From Candidatus Latescibacterota bacterium (GTDB lineage Bacteria; Latescibacterota; UBA2968), in assembly GCA_965204375.1 (NCBI GenBank), contig OZ241986.1, forward strand, positions 608,001-672,000: DNA of 64,000 nt. The letters are read 5' to 3'. The position numbers and the translations under genes are program-made. Position 1 is the stretch's first letter. Every line of letters starts with the position of its first letter. The notes under the pieces are model-generated. The model was given only the letters and a program-made list of their open reading frames with translations. It did not search any database and was not told where the DNA came from. Shown in pieces: positions 1 to 11,175 of the stretch.

Positions 1-759
1 TCGGAATATCTCGACGCCGGGCATTCGATCAAAAGTGCCATTAAAAAGTCGATAGGTATTCAACACCAGGCGGATCCACCCCGGATGCGTAAACACGCAT
101 ATATCGAGAAGCCCATCATCTGGCATCGCTTGAGGGGCTATGGTTGCGCCGCCTCCAAAGTCCGGCATGTTAGCTATGACAACGAACAACGGCGTGCGCT
201 CAATTTCACTGTCAGAATCCAATCTCAACCGCAATGTTTGAGGGCGATATGAGAGAAGCGACAGCGCAGTGAGCACCAGATAGGGCAAGAATCCGCGGCG
301 TCCCGTCCGATTTGCATACCGATGGGCAACCACTGCATCTAAGCCAATGCCCGCCGTAGAAAAAAACAGGGCATTGCCCACGCGCCCCACATCGAGTTTT
401 CTAATCTCTGGCTGAATAAAAGCGCGACAGGCTTTTGCCGGGTCAAAAGATAAATTTAACGCGCGCGCAAACGCATTGCCCGATCCAGCGGGCACCACTC
501 CCAGGGGTATCTCTGTGCCGAGTAGCGCGCGTCCGACTTCGTTAATGGTGCCATCACCTCCAATGGCAACTACCAGGTCGAACCCCATTTCGGATGCGCT
601 TGCCGCCAATTCTGTAGCGTGCCCCGCGTGCTGCGTTACTTCAAGGGTAAAATCCATTCCCGCTTTCTCACACTCGGCAATCACGCGAGATCGAATATTG
701 CGTTTCACACCTGCATGCGGATTCGCAATGAAGAGTACGCGGGAAAATTGCACACTCAT
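1..759 (-). CDS. Diacylglycerol kinase family (YegS/BmrU-like) lipid kinase, 3' end beyond window edge
   Basis: Manual translation from ATG at 759: MSVQFSRVLFIANPHAG...VAIGGDGTINEV...PAGSGNAFA (NPxxG, GGDGT, GSGN motifs); ATGA overlap with adk stop. Confidence 0.85.
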   Translation of the reverse strand, partial: MSVQFSRVLFIANPHAGVKRNIRSRVIAECEKAGMDFTLEVTQHAGHATELAASASEMGFDLVVAIGGDGTINEVGRALLGTEIPLGVVPAGSGNAFARALNLSFDPAKACRAFIQPEIRKLDVGRVGNALFFSTAGIGLDAVVAHRYANRTGRRGFLPYLVLTALSLLSYRPQTLRLRLDSDSEIERTPLFVVIANMPDFGGGATIAPQAMPDDGLLDICVFTHPGWIRLVLNTYRLFNGTFDRMPGVEIFR

Positions 760-1343
760 GTATGTAAAAAATCGACCAGGGTCTGACCGATATCCCTCAA
801 AATTTTTGGCGAAGGCTGTGATACATCGATTTGTTGCACGATTTCTTTGGGATAATGCTCCAATACAGCAATTGTTTGGCGGTCGTACACATCGAATCTT
901 TTGCGAATAATTTGTTCATTTGCGTCATCAATGCGGTATGCGACGAGCGCGCGTCCAAAGAGGCGTTTGATCAGTACATTGCGGTCTGGGCAATCCAATA
1001 CCATGATCAATTTTACGTTTAGGTCCTCATCGGCCATCTGAGCCTGGGCCAGTGTGCGCGGTAGGCCATCTAAAATCAATGTTTGTTCATCGGGCTTAAA
1101 GTCTTCAAAATCAGCCAGGCGCTGCATGCGTTCTCGCCACAGGGCTACGACAAATTCATCGGGCACCAGTTCGCCTTTGCGAATGCTCGTCAGAGCCATT
1201 TCCCCGGGCTGGCTATTGACGTCCAATGCCCTGAGCATATCGCCACTTGAAAAATGGTATAAACCTGGTATTTGTTTTAACACACTTCCCCAGGTGCCCT
1301 TGCCGGCACCGGGGGGGCCAAATAATAAGACAGTATCATACAT
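756..1343 (-). CDS. adk: Adenylate kinase family
   Basis: GPPGAGKGT P-loop, SSGDMLR, LDGLPRT motifs. Confidence 0.85.
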   Translation of the reverse strand: MYDTVLLFGPPGAGKGTWGSVLKQIPGLYHFSSGDMLRALDVNSQPGEMALTSIRKGELVPDEFVVALWRERMQRLADFEDFKPDEQTLILDGLPRTLAQAQMADEDLNVKLIMVLDCPDRNVLIKRLFGRALVAYRIDDANEQIIRKRFDVYDRQTIAVLEHYPKEIVQQIDVSQPSPKILRDIGQTLVDFLHT

Positions 1344-1397
1344 CGGTGCAACTCCCGTGATTGTTTTTTGACAGAATGGAAATGTGAATGTATTTTA

Positions 1398-1426
1398 GTA
1401 GGAGCGGGTTTCAAACCCGCTCCTAC
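1398..1426. repeat. REP-like palindrome GTAGGAGCGGGTTT-C-AAACCCGCTCCTAC
   Basis: Perfect 14-bp inverted repeat starting GTAG in the intergenic gap between divergent genes. Confidence 0.65.
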
Positions 1427-1454
1427 GGATCACCGAACCTTATAGGAGAATATT

Positions 1455-2084
1455 ATGAACCTCGATCCCGCTGCCGTCTCGCTGAAAAAAAACGGCGATA
1501 AAATCGAAGCTCTTATCCACGGAGAGACCACATTCGTCGATCGTCTTGCCCGCGCGTTTCCCCACAGTAATCCCGATCAATTTGTCAGCTTGATGGATGA
1601 ATTGGGACACGAAATTGGCATTATTGAAAATCCAAAAAAACTCGACAATGCTTCGCGCAATTTGCTCGAAGCCGAACTCAAAGCCATCTACTTTGTCCCG
1701 ACTATCAGCGCTATAACTTCCGTCGTATCCAAAGGTACGGGCAGTCAGTGGACTGTTGATACCGATGATGGCGAATATACTTTCCGCATTTTGGGCCGAG
1801 ACGCACTCAAGGGCAATGAACCGCCTACAGTTGAAATTACGGATGAACACGGCAAGCGATACAGAATTGACAATTACTGGGATCTCGATGCCGAAAGCCG
1901 AGATCTGACCTCTGACCTGTTGCCCGATAAAGTTGTCAAGGCGCGCTATTACACCCGATCGATCTCGAGTAGTGGAAGAGGCAGAGGCAGAGGTTCGAGC
2001 AGTCGCGGGAGTAGTAGCGGTGGCGGTGGTGGCAGTGGTAGCGGTGGTGGCAGTGGCATGGGCGGATCGATTGGCATACGGTGA
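1455..2084 (+). CDS. DUF1854-like protein with Gly/Ser/Arg-rich C-terminal tail
   Basis: RAFPHSNPDQFVSL, YFVPTI, WTVDTDDG; RBS AGGAG upstream. Confidence 0.65.
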   Translation: MNLDPAAVSLKKNGDKIEALIHGETTFVDRLARAFPHSNPDQFVSLMDELGHEIGIIENPKKLDNASRNLLEAELKAIYFVPTISAITSVVSKGTGSQWTVDTDDGEYTFRILGRDALKGNEPPTVEITDEHGKRYRIDNYWDLDAESRDLTSDLLPDKVVKARYYTRSISSSGRGRGRGSSSRGSSSGGGGGSGSGGGSGMGGSIGIR

Positions 2085-2088
2085 TCCG

Positions 2089-3258
2089 CTACCGCACTCC
2101 CAGCATCAATTCGGCCAGCAACTGATCCAGGCGCTCATAGCCCAATCCAATGCGCCCCATTGCATCGATGTCAAATTGCACTTGTTTGAGTGCCAGCGAT
2201 TTTTCCGGGCTGTATTTGCCCAGATGCTGTTCGTATTCGGGGTTCTGGTTTCCAATTTCTTGTAAAATTCCCTGAATTTCGGCGTCTGCTTCAAATTGAG
2301 CCGCTTTTTCCCTTAAGATATTGTACGTACGCATACACCCTGCGGCAAAATCCCATACCCCTTCTTCGTCTTCTGTGCGAAATGCGTGTGCGTCGAAGTG
2401 TCTCGGTCCCGTATAACCGTTGTTTTCGAGCAAGCGCACGAGCAAAAAGGCACTTTTGTAATCCTCTGAGCCAAATCGAAAGTCCTGATCATAGCGACCA
2501 AAACGCTGGTCGTTTAAGTCGATATGGAAGAGTTTGCCCGCCTCGAATGCTTGCGCCACGCCGTGGTGGAAATTTAACCCCGCCATGTGTTCGTGTGCAA
2601 CTTCCGGGTTGACGCCCACCATCTCGGGGTAATCCAGCGTTTCGATAAACGCCAGATAATGCCCGGTTGTGGGAAAGTACATATCGGCACGCGGTTCATT
2701 GGGTTTGGCTTCGAGTGCGAAATTCAAATCGTATTTCTGGTCGCGCACGTAATCGCACAAATAATTTAAGCCATCTCGATAGCGTTTGAGAGCGTCGATG
2801 GGATCTTTAGCCACGTTGCATTCGGCGCCTTCGCGTCCGCCCCAAAATACATAGGTTTTTGCACCCAATTCGACGCCTAAATCAATGGCTTGCATAATTT
2901 TTTGCAAGCCATAAGCGCGAATTTTGGGATCGTTGGACGTAAAACCCCCATCCTTGAATACGGGATGAGAAAATGTGTTGGTGGTTGCCATGGGTACGAC
3001 CATGCCATAATCTTTTAGTGCGTTTTTGAAGTCGCTTACAATTTTATCGCGCTGTTGTGATGTGGCATCAATCGGCACGAGATCGTTATCGTGCAGGTTA
3101 ATGCCCCACGCGCCCAGTTCGCTCAAGCGTTGCACAATCCGCTCGGGCGCAAGCGGTTGGCGTGTTGGGTCGCCAAAGGGATCGCGTCCGGGATTTCCCA
3201 CTGTCCACAAACCAAATGAAAATTTATCTTCTTTTTTGGGCATGTATGCATCGGCCAT
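2089..3258 (-). CDS. xylA: Xylose isomerase (short class I type)
   Basis: [47 protein letters not shown]. Confidence 0.95.
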   Translation of the reverse strand: MADAYMPKKEDKFSFGLWTVGNPGRDPFGDPTRQPLAPERIVQRLSELGAWGINLHDNDLVPIDATSQQRDKIVSDFKNALKDYGMVVPMATTNTFSHPVFKDGGFTSNDPKIRAYGLQKIMQAIDLGVELGAKTYVFWGGREGAECNVAKDPIDALKRYRDGLNYLCDYVRDQKYDLNFALEAKPNEPRADMYFPTTGHYLAFIETLDYPEMVGVNPEVAHEHMAGLNFHHGVAQAFEAGKLFHIDLNDQRFGRYDQDFRFGSEDYKSAFLLVRLLENNGYTGPRHFDAHAFRTEDEEGVWDFAAGCMRTYNILREKAAQFEADAEIQGILQEIGNQNPEYEQHLGKYSPEKSLALKQVQFDIDAMGRIGLGYERLDQLLAELMLGVR

Positions 3259-3363
3259 TGGATCTCCTCAAATACATTGAAATGTGATAAGGTTATATAG
3301 CCCGTTGAGGGCGAGGCTGTAAATATCCGGTGTGCAAAATATCATGGTGCAGTCTGACTGTCA

Positions 3364-4632
3364 ATGGACATTTCCACAACTCATCGGGAGCACAAAATGA
3401 TTATTCGCGATCCCGTTCACGGCGATATGTCGTTTAATGAATCCGAACGCCGGGTTATGGATACGCGGCAAATGCAACGCCTGCGCGGCGTGCGCCAAAC
3501 AGGATCGGCATATCTGGTCTATCCGGGCTGTGTACACACGCGTTTTGAACACTCGCTGGGGACAACGGCGATGTCGCGGTGCGTGCTCGATGTCTTGAGA
3601 CGCGGTGGCGCGCAAATCGAACCCGAACAAGCCGATGCGGTCGCATTGGCCGCGCTGGTTCACGATATTTCGCACTTGCCTTTTGGACATACGTTTGAAG
3701 ATGAACGCAAGCTCTTTCCCCGCCACGACACAGCCGCCCGCATGAAATATTTCTTATCGGAAACAGAAATCGCGCAAGCACTCGATGCTTCGGGCCTGCG
3801 CGATACAGTGGTTTCTCTGCTTACGGACAAATCGTTTTCACCGGCGTGGATGCAGCAGATCGTGTCCAGCACCATCGATGCCGACTTGCTCGATTATTTG
3901 CGTCGCGATGCGTATTTTGCAGGCCTGCGCCAGGATTATGATGACCGAATTTTTAGCACCTTTATGCTTGCTGATGAAAATCTTGCGATTGATGTGACCC
4001 GTCTCAGTACGCGCACCGAGTTGCTGCATTTGCTGCGGTTGCGCTATTTTCTCACCGAGCGCGTTTATTATCACCACGCCAAAGTATCATCGGGGGCTAT
4101 GATTGCCAAAGCCGTCGAGATCGCCACGGAACACGGTCTTGTTGAGACCGATCTCTATACCCTGACGGATGACGCTCTGTTTCGCCATTTGCTCGGCTAT
4201 GAAGACCCGCGTATTGACCGTTTGATCAATGGCGTTTGCGAACGGCGTTTGCTCAAACGCGCCTATATGATTTCGACTGCCGAAGTGGGGCGTCGAGGGC
4301 GCGATGAGTTGATCGCCACTTACAATCGATCTGTCGAGAGTAGGCAGCAGATTGAGCGACAAATCGCCGATGCTGTGACCATCAACCCCGATCAGGTTAT
4401 TCTCTATTGTCCAGATATCTCGGCTATTAAAGAAGCGCGCGTGCGCGTTGTTACGCGCAATGGCTTGAGCCGCCTGAACGATCCGCCAGACAATCCGCCT
4501 TTTGATGTAAAGGTCGTGGAAGATCAGTATGAACGGCTCTGGAAATTCTACATTTTTGCTCCCGAAGGTTATAGAGAGCGCGTTGGAAAAGTTTGTGAGC
4601 GCGTATTTGGCGAATCAAATGCGCTGGTATAA
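3364..4632 (+). CDS. HD-domain phosphohydrolase (SAMHD1/dNTPase-like)
   Basis: IRDPVHG, QRLR, HTRFEHSLG, LVHDISHLPFGH, DADLLDYLRRD. Confidence 0.9.
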   Translation: MDISTTHREHKMIIRDPVHGDMSFNESERRVMDTRQMQRLRGVRQTGSAYLVYPGCVHTRFEHSLGTTAMSRCVLDVLRRGGAQIEPEQADAVALAALVHDISHLPFGHTFEDERKLFPRHDTAARMKYFLSETEIAQALDASGLRDTVVSLLTDKSFSPAWMQQIVSSTIDADLLDYLRRDAYFAGLRQDYDDRIFSTFMLADENLAIDVTRLSTRTELLHLLRLRYFLTERVYYHHAKVSSGAMIAKAVEIATEHGLVETDLYTLTDDALFRHLLGYEDPRIDRLINGVCERRLLKRAYMISTAEVGRRGRDELIATYNRSVESRQQIERQIADAVTINPDQVILYCPDISAIKEARVRVVTRNGLSRLNDPPDNPPFDVKVVEDQYERLWKFYIFAPEGYRERVGKVCERVFGESNALV

Positions 4633-4638
4633 AGATCT

Positions 4639-5160
4639 TTATTGGGGCCGTTGTGATCGGTGTTTGACGCGGTCAAATAACGGCATATCTGCTCGTCCTG
4701 CGCCCTCCATCTTCTTGTGACATGAAGGGCACAGGCTGATTAGATTGCTCAGTTGGTTGGCCTCTTTTGGCGAGTCGAAGAGCCGGTACGGTATTTTGTG
4801 GTGTACATCCATCTGCCGTCCGAGTGCGTCTTCTGTAATCCCGCAAGAGGCGCAACAAAATCCATCGCGTGCGCGCGCCTTGTCTGCCTGAATTTTCCAA
4901 TTTCCCCCGCGATACTCTGGGCGACCTTCCAGTACGAGTTCAAAATCCTCTTCAGATTCCCAATGGGTTCTGCACTCGTTGCTGCAAAATTGGGAGCGGA
5001 TGCCCTTTTCAATATACCAGCGCGGCTGGGCAAATCGCTTGTCGCATTGCATACATCGCACGGTGATATTGTCTTCGCGCCGAACTTTTTGTTCTTCCTC
5101 AAACGACAGACGCATTTGCTGCGATGTTAAATGCTTTTTGTTCATCGTTTTAAACCTCAC
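4639..5160 (-). CDS. HNH endonuclease with N-terminal Cys motifs
   Basis: CMQC, FCSNEC, RARDGFCCASCG, DVHHKIP, NLISLCPSCH. Confidence 0.8.
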   Translation of the reverse strand: MRFKTMNKKHLTSQQMRLSFEEEQKVRREDNITVRCMQCDKRFAQPRWYIEKGIRSQFCSNECRTHWESEEDFELVLEGRPEYRGGNWKIQADKARARDGFCCASCGITEDALGRQMDVHHKIPYRLFDSPKEANQLSNLISLCPSCHKKMEGAGRADMPLFDRVKHRSQRPQ

Positions 5161-5368
5161 ACATCAATAGCGCACTCACAACCCAAATATAGGTTGGAAT
5201 AAATTACAAGTCCATAGAATGTTGTGTAGAGGTATTGTGCTTCAACGTAAAGATTGGATATTGTATCTGAAATTTATTATAATTATCCGCACTTATACCT
5301 GAATAGGAGAACCCCATGTTTAAGAATTATTTCAAAATCGCGGTCCGCAATTTTAATGAGGATAAACA

Positions 5369-6145
5369 ATGGAATCCCTGACTTTGCTTTCGGGCCATTC
5401 AATGCCTGTTGTTGGCCTGGGTACCTGGCCGATGAGAGGCGATCAATGCAAAGAGGTTATCAAACAGGCTCTTGAATTGGGCTATACGCATTTCGACACT
5501 GCTTGGATATACCAGAATCAGCGCGAAATCGGCGAAGCCCTCCGAGAGGTAGGTGCTGACCGTTCGCAACTTTTCATTACTTCTAAAGTCGGCAGAGATT
5601 ATCTGCAATATGACGTCGCGATAGAACAAGCCGACGAGATTCTCCAGCTTCTCCAGATGGACTACGTGGATCTGCTGCTCGTCCACTGGCCCAATGAGGC
5701 CGTGCCTATGGAAGGCTACATTCGCGCCTTCAACGAGTTTTTCGATGCGGGAAAAGCGAGAAGTATTGGGGTTAGCAACTTTTCGGTCGAGCAAATGGAA
5801 CGCGCCCGTTCTCTCTCGACTGCACCTATCAGTGTCAATCAGATCAAATACCATCCTGGTTATGAACAACGAGATGTTCTGCAATGGTGCCTGGAAAACG
5901 ATGTGGTGGTGACTGCGTATTCCCCTCTGGGAAAGAAGGATGTTCTTCGGGACCCCGTCCTGCTGGATATTGCCCGCGTCCACGATAAGACCTCTGCACA
6001 CGTCGCTCTCAAGTGGTTGATGCAAAAAGGCATGATCGTTATTCCCAAAGCGAGTTCCAGAGAACATCTCCAGGCGAATCTCGATGTTTTTGACTGGTCC
6101 CTATCTGAAAGCGAGATGCATTCCATTGACCTCATAGCGGGGTAA
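5369..6145 (+). CDS. Aldo/keto reductase
   Basis: GLGTW, DTAWIY, LLVHWP, IGVSNF, AYSPLG, IPKAS. Confidence 0.95.
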   Translation: MESLTLLSGHSMPVVGLGTWPMRGDQCKEVIKQALELGYTHFDTAWIYQNQREIGEALREVGADRSQLFITSKVGRDYLQYDVAIEQADEILQLLQMDYVDLLLVHWPNEAVPMEGYIRAFNEFFDAGKARSIGVSNFSVEQMERARSLSTAPISVNQIKYHPGYEQRDVLQWCLENDVVVTAYSPLGKKDVLRDPVLLDIARVHDKTSAHVALKWLMQKGMIVIPKASSREHLQANLDVFDWSLSESEMHSIDLIAG

Positions 6146-6150
6146 ACGAA

Positions 6151-7785
6151 ATGAATGAGAAAAGCAGGCCCAATGTCGTTCTTATCATTACGGACGATCA
6201 GGGGTACGGAACTGTGGGGGTACACGGGAATGACCAGGTCAGGACGCCATATATGGATCGTTTGGCCAATGAAGGGGTGGCGTTTGACCGGTTCTACGGG
6301 CATCCGCTTTGTTCGCCTTCTCGAGCCGCATTGATGACCGGGCGGTATTTCTATCGAACCGGAATTCTACATACGTCCCGAGGGGGTGCATTAATGTCGG
6401 GCGATGAGATCACTGCCGCCGAGCTGTTTCGAGATGCCGGGTACCGCACCGGGATTTTTGGGAAGTGGCATCTCGGTGACAATTACCCAATGAGGCCCAT
6501 GGACCAGGGATTTGAGAAAGCCGTGTGGCACAAAGGTGGAGGGATCGGGCAGCCCCCCGTAAGGCCAAACAGCTACTTTAACGCACTTCTGTGGCGAGAA
6601 GGGGAAGAATTCCAGGCGAAAGGGTACTGCACGGATGTCTTCTTTGACGAGGCTCTCGCGTTTATCGAGGAAAATCAAAGCGAGCCTTTTTTCATCTATA
6701 TTCCGACGAACGCGCCGCACAATCCTCTCGAGATCAGTGACGACTATGCGGATCCCTATCGCGAGATGGGTCTGGATGACAGCGTCGCACGAATCTATGG
6801 GATGGTCGAGAATATCGATGACAATATTGGGCGACTCCTGGAACTACTGGAACGCCTCGGTCTGGATGAGGATACAATAATCATCTTTACGTCCGACCAC
6901 GGCCCCGCGGGCGGCAGGTACAATGCCGGACTCAGATCTACAAAAGGAGACGTGTATGAAGGCGGGATTCGAGTTCCGTATTTCATGAGGTGGCCGAAAG
7001 GGATGCCGGCTGGTTTCAAAACCGATAAGATTGCCTCACATATCGATGTTCTGCCCACTTTGTTGTCGCTTTGTAACGTGGATTCTCCCTCTGATCTCAG
7101 GGTGGATGGCGTGGATCTGACGCCCCTGATTCGAGGTCAGGGAGTGGAATGGCTCGATCGCACACTTTTCATTCAGACACACCGGGGGAGCCGCCCGCGA
7201 CAGTACCACAACTGTGCGGCGATCACCCAACGCTACAAGTGGTTAGGTTATCCCAGTACTGGCGGACAATGGGATTTTGAGACTTCTTCGACAGACCCTG
7301 TGATGGAGCTGTACGATCTCGAAGACGACCCTGGCGAAGAGAAAGAGATAGGTGGGCAGATGCCCGATCTCATAGCGCAGATGAAGAGAGACTACGACGT
7401 CTGGTTCGACGATGTGGCTTCGGATTGGCAGGCGGGGGTCATTCACATTGGGAATTCGGCCGAGAATCCTCTCACGTTGTGTCGCTATCAGGATTCAGAA
7501 TACATGTCCGAACTGCCACACGGCTGGCGTGTGAAGATCGAACAGAGCGGAACCTATGAGTTTCGAATCAACCGTGAGTCGCTAAATGGCACGGGTGCCC
7601 TCGGGGTTCAGTGGCAGGGGAATACTCAGAGAAACCCACTGGCTGCGGGAGAGAATACAGGACGATTCGAGCTTGAAGCGGGGGACGGCAAACTGGAGAT
7701 TTGGTTCGAGCTTGAAGACATAGGCCGCGTGACGTTTTCAAGCAATTTGACGATTGGGGATGTGGAGGTGGATTACCTGGGGTAG
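6151..7785 (+). CDS. Arylsulfatase
   Basis: PNVVLIITDDQG, CSPSR formylglycine motif, GKWHLG. Confidence 0.93.
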   Translation: MNEKSRPNVVLIITDDQGYGTVGVHGNDQVRTPYMDRLANEGVAFDRFYGHPLCSPSRAALMTGRYFYRTGILHTSRGGALMSGDEITAAELFRDAGYRTGIFGKWHLGDNYPMRPMDQGFEKAVWHKGGGIGQPPVRPNSYFNALLWREGEEFQAKGYCTDVFFDEALAFIEENQSEPFFIYIPTNAPHNPLEISDDYADPYREMGLDDSVARIYGMVENIDDNIGRLLELLERLGLDEDTIIIFTSDHGPAGGRYNAGLRSTKGDVYEGGIRVPYFMRWPKGMPAGFKTDKIASHIDVLPTLLSLCNVDSPSDLRVDGVDLTPLIRGQGVEWLDRTLFIQTHRGSRPRQYHNCAAITQRYKWLGYPSTGGQWDFETSSTDPVMELYDLEDDPGEEKEIGGQMPDLIAQMKRDYDVWFDDVASDWQAGVIHIGNSAENPLTLCRYQDSEYMSELPHGWRVKIEQSGTYEFRINRESLNGTGALGVQWQGNTQRNPLAAGENTGRFELEAGDGKLEIWFELEDIGRVTFSSNLTIGDVEVDYLG

Positions 7786-7880
7786 AGGCAAAACAGTGCG
7801 GAGTTGGCTGCCATCGAATCACGGTGAAATAAGGTACGGGAGATGTGTTGGGATTAACATTGAGGAAGGAGGATGGAGAG

Positions 7881-8801
7881 ATGCAAAAAATTTATACGAC
7901 TGAGCCATTTGTTATTAATAAAAACCTCGGTGCTGCGGTGCGCGTTCGAGGCGAAGATTTGACCTCGACCAATGCGGATGGTGAGCCTGTTGTGCAGTTG
8001 ACTCAGAAACAAAAATACGATTTTGATCGCAATGGCTGGTTGCTAATTCCCGGTGTTTTGAACGGGGATGAATTGGAGGAGATGCGAGATTACGCCGAGC
8101 AGTTGCATCGCAATCCCGAAGCACTTGCCGAACATAAGCGATCTACACTGGCAGGTCCTTTGCAAAAACTGATGGACCATCCGGTTGTAGTGGGCTTTTT
8201 AAATGAGTTTTTAGCGTATCCTCCTCTTGCGAGTAAAGACAGTTATGGTTTTCGGTTGGAGACATCGCATTTGACGTTTCGTTCGGCGCGTGAAAATCAG
8301 CAGCGTAAGTTTAACCCGCACAATGGCAATGGGCTGTTTCGACCGCCTTGGGATTCACATTATTATCGCTGTGTGCCCGGCAAGTCATGGAGTGGATTGA
8401 CCCGGGTGGTGTGGGAGTTGAACCCTGTGAAATATCGCGAGGGTGGCACATTGTTTATATCAGGAAGCCATAAGTCGGCGTATCCTGCGCCTGATTCTGC
8501 TTTTGCCGAAGATTCGCCCATTTGGAAGACCTACGAGTGCCCTGCAGGTTCGGTTCTCTTTTTTACGGAGGCACTTTCCCACAGTGCTTCGACATGGACA
8601 AATGAGGATAATGACAGACTGGCGATTTTTAATCTTTACAATACGATTTCTACACGCTGGCAATCGTGGTTGCCACATCCTGATTTATTAGCAGAGATGC
8701 ATCCCAAGCGGCAGTCTTTGTTTCGAGAAGTCAAGGTCGGTGGCCGCAATGTAGAGAATCCAATACCGCGAAATGGAGACAATCCATATCTGCAAGGATA
8801 A
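7881..8801 (+). CDS. Phytanoyl-CoA dioxygenase (PhyH)-like protein
   Basis: FDRNGWLLIPGVL, PHNG, GGTLFISGSHK, GSVLFFTEALSH; ATG at 7881 after GGAG. Confidence 0.8.
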   Translation: MQKIYTTEPFVINKNLGAAVRVRGEDLTSTNADGEPVVQLTQKQKYDFDRNGWLLIPGVLNGDELEEMRDYAEQLHRNPEALAEHKRSTLAGPLQKLMDHPVVVGFLNEFLAYPPLASKDSYGFRLETSHLTFRSARENQQRKFNPHNGNGLFRPPWDSHYYRCVPGKSWSGLTRVVWELNPVKYREGGTLFISGSHKSAYPAPDSAFAEDSPIWKTYECPAGSVLFFTEALSHSASTWTNEDNDRLAIFNLYNTISTRWQSWLPHPDLLAEMHPKRQSLFREVKVGGRNVENPIPRNGDNPYLQG

Positions 8802-8822
8802 GGACGAGATTTTTGAAATAGG

Positions 8823-9770
8823 ATGGCTGACAGGAGAATGATTATGGATGCAAATGGACACGTACAACCGTATATCATCAACAAAAATATGGGCAAACCC
8901 ATGGCTGACTTTGCGCCGGAATTGCCCAAAAAAAATGCCGATGGGGTGCCAATTGTTGAACCGACAGATGAGCAGAAGTATATGTTTGACGCCGATGGGT
9001 GGTTGCTGATTCCGAATGTGCTGAGTGAGGGTGAAGTTGAGGAGATGCGCGAGTGGGTAAAAAGACTGCATTTTGAGCCCGAGTCATTGCCCGATCATGA
9101 GCGCACTATTTTGGCAGGCCCGACGCAGCGTTTGATTGATCATCCAGTTGTGATGGGGATGCTCAACGAATTTACGGCCAATCCCGCGCTGTCGAGCCAG
9201 GAATGCTATGGGTTTAGTCTGGGCACATGTGGTTACTGGTATCGCACCGCGCCGAATAGACGCACTGAAGGACTCAAAGAAGCACGTGCGTTTAAACCGC
9301 ACAATGGCAATGGACTATATCGCCTTCCCGGTGATGTTCATTTTTACAATTCTTTTCCAGGAAAGAGTTTTTGCCCGCACATGCGTGTGGTGTGGGAATT
9401 GAATCCGGTCAAGTACAAACAGGGTGGTACTTTGTTGGTGTCGGGCAGTCACAAGGCTGTTTACACTGCGCCCGATGAAATTCAAGATCCCGATTCGGAT
9501 GTGTGGACAACCTATGAATGTGAACCTGGATCTCTGCTGTTTTTTGCTGAAGCGACAACCCACAGTGCGCATCCGTGGACAAATGAAGAAAACGATCGGG
9601 TTGCTGTTCCGACACTTTACAATCAGGTAGATGGGGGATTTGCTGAAGCGCTGAAGCCCGATGAAAAACTTCTGGAATCTATGCCACCTTTGCGTCGGAC
9701 GTTATTTCGAGACCGATATGTTGCAAACAATGTTGTTGGTGCGGACTTTAAGCGTTTGTGGCGAGTTTGA
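8823..9770 (+). CDS. PhyH-like protein, paralog of upstream gene
   Basis: GWLLIPNVL, PHNGNG, VVWELNPV, GSHKA, GSLLFFAEATTH. Confidence 0.8.
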   Translation: MADRRMIMDANGHVQPYIINKNMGKPMADFAPELPKKNADGVPIVEPTDEQKYMFDADGWLLIPNVLSEGEVEEMREWVKRLHFEPESLPDHERTILAGPTQRLIDHPVVMGMLNEFTANPALSSQECYGFSLGTCGYWYRTAPNRRTEGLKEARAFKPHNGNGLYRLPGDVHFYNSFPGKSFCPHMRVVWELNPVKYKQGGTLLVSGSHKAVYTAPDEIQDPDSDVWTTYECEPGSLLFFAEATTHSAHPWTNEENDRVAVPTLYNQVDGGFAEALKPDEKLLESMPPLRRTLFRDRYVANNVVGADFKRLWRV

Positions 9771-9951
9771 ATAATGAAGGGATTTACATGAAAGTTGCCT
9801 TGGTTTGATGTGACAATGATTCACGTGGATCGGTTTTTGCAACGAACTTTGAAAATTGTGCCTGATGATCCGGGAATTGGCGTGGAATTCGACTGGCCCA
9901 AACTCGAATCTTATTGCGTCTCCGATTTGGCATTTGGCGAATAAGGTAATC

Positions 9952-11064
9952 TCATGGTGAAATTCGCAATTTGCCAAAATGAATATGAGTACGCGGCGTA
10001 TCTGGTGTGCCGCTGTCCCACACGCAACGGAAGTCATCCGGTGCAATTTCAATAAGTGTGGGATAAGAGTTCTTAATCCCGGCATCGTAGAAGGTTTTTT
10101 CTTCGCTCCAGGCGTCTCCGGGGTTTTTTGTTTTGTACCGCAGAGAAGTCCGGCCTCCGTTTGGAAATCCCGGTGCTTTTACTCTTTGGGGAGGACCATC
10201 GCTGTACACATAGATATGCGTGCCATTCGAGGATCGGCCAAAGAAAGCCTTTGATTTGGCGTTGTGCAGGTCGGGTTCGGGTTTGGCGACACGCCAGGTA
10301 CGGCCACCGTCACGGCTTACGCTCGAATAGGCTCTGGGAGGGTCCGTCGTGTGATCGGTTTCGTCGTAATCGGCAGTTCGCATGACAATCCATAGTTCCT
10401 CCGGTGTTTCTCCCGGCGCAATATTTCCCTCATGGAGGAAAACACGAGCATTGGTGGGTTGGGGAATATATGCTTCGAGTTTCCACTCCAGCAAGCTGGT
10501 ACTGCTGAGAACGAAGTGGTCACGCGAACCACGGGGGTCTTCCTGTAGCGTGTTGCGGTGGGCTGGCAGCAGAAATTTGCGTGTCGAGTCGGTCTCCGTG
10601 GTTACGATGGTTGAGCATGTAATCAGCGGCCCTGCATAGTGCATCGCCATTTCCACCTGTGTCCAGGAATAACCGCCATCTGCAGTGAACGCACCGACCA
10701 GTTGAGATTCTTCGCTGTTCTTCTGAGCTATCGGGCAGCGCATTGCAAAGCACCAGATGACATCCTGTCCGGGAGCGCGGTAAAGGATTGGATTCGCGTA
10801 GGCAAACTGTACCATGCCCTGACGCTGACGATGATCAAAGATCATCACTGGTTCCTCCCAGGTGTCTCCATCGTCGGTTGAGAGCGTCGCAAGAATGTCT
10901 CCCATGTCTTTCTTGCCGTTGACCATCGCTCCAAAGGCCACAATGAGATGCCTCTTCTTCTGCCCCGGAATAATGACCGGTTGCCACACGCGCCAGGCCT
11001 GTGGCTGCTGCTCAACCCGACGAACTACGCGAAGGTCTGTAATATCTCCTCGATAATCCAGCAT
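9952..11064 (-). CDS. BNR/Asp-box sialidase-like beta-propeller protein
   Basis: Asp boxes STDDGDTW, TADGGYSW, SRDGGRTW; SYPTL near C-terminus. Confidence 0.8.
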   Translation of the reverse strand: MLDYRGDITDLRVVRRVEQQPQAWRVWQPVIIPGQKKRHLIVAFGAMVNGKKDMGDILATLSTDDGDTWEEPVMIFDHRQRQGMVQFAYANPILYRAPGQDVIWCFAMRCPIAQKNSEESQLVGAFTADGGYSWTQVEMAMHYAGPLITCSTIVTTETDSTRKFLLPAHRNTLQEDPRGSRDHFVLSSTSLLEWKLEAYIPQPTNARVFLHEGNIAPGETPEELWIVMRTADYDETDHTTDPPRAYSSVSRDGGRTWRVAKPEPDLHNAKSKAFFGRSSNGTHIYVYSDGPPQRVKAPGFPNGGRTSLRYKTKNPGDAWSEEKTFYDAGIKNSYPTLIEIAPDDFRCVWDSGTPDTPRTHIHFGKLRISP

Positions 11065-11117
11065 TATCTATCTCCTCGATTTGTGTTTAAATTTTGCGCG
11101 AGGGAAGGCATCCCTCC

Positions 11118-11175
11118 TTGACAGAGTAAGATAAATAGTATAGATTTCTGACATCAGTGTCAAGAGATGTCTGAA
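11118..11175 (+). promoter_or_regulatory. Probable abiE promoter with inverted-repeat operator
   Basis: TTGACA at 11119 and imperfect IR TTCTGACATC...GATGTCTGAA just upstream of the antitoxin. Confidence 0.45.

Noticed and set aside
1968-2065. GGT/AGT-rich repeat as a regulatory tandem repeat
   Set aside because: Encodes a low-complexity Gly/Ser/Arg protein tail
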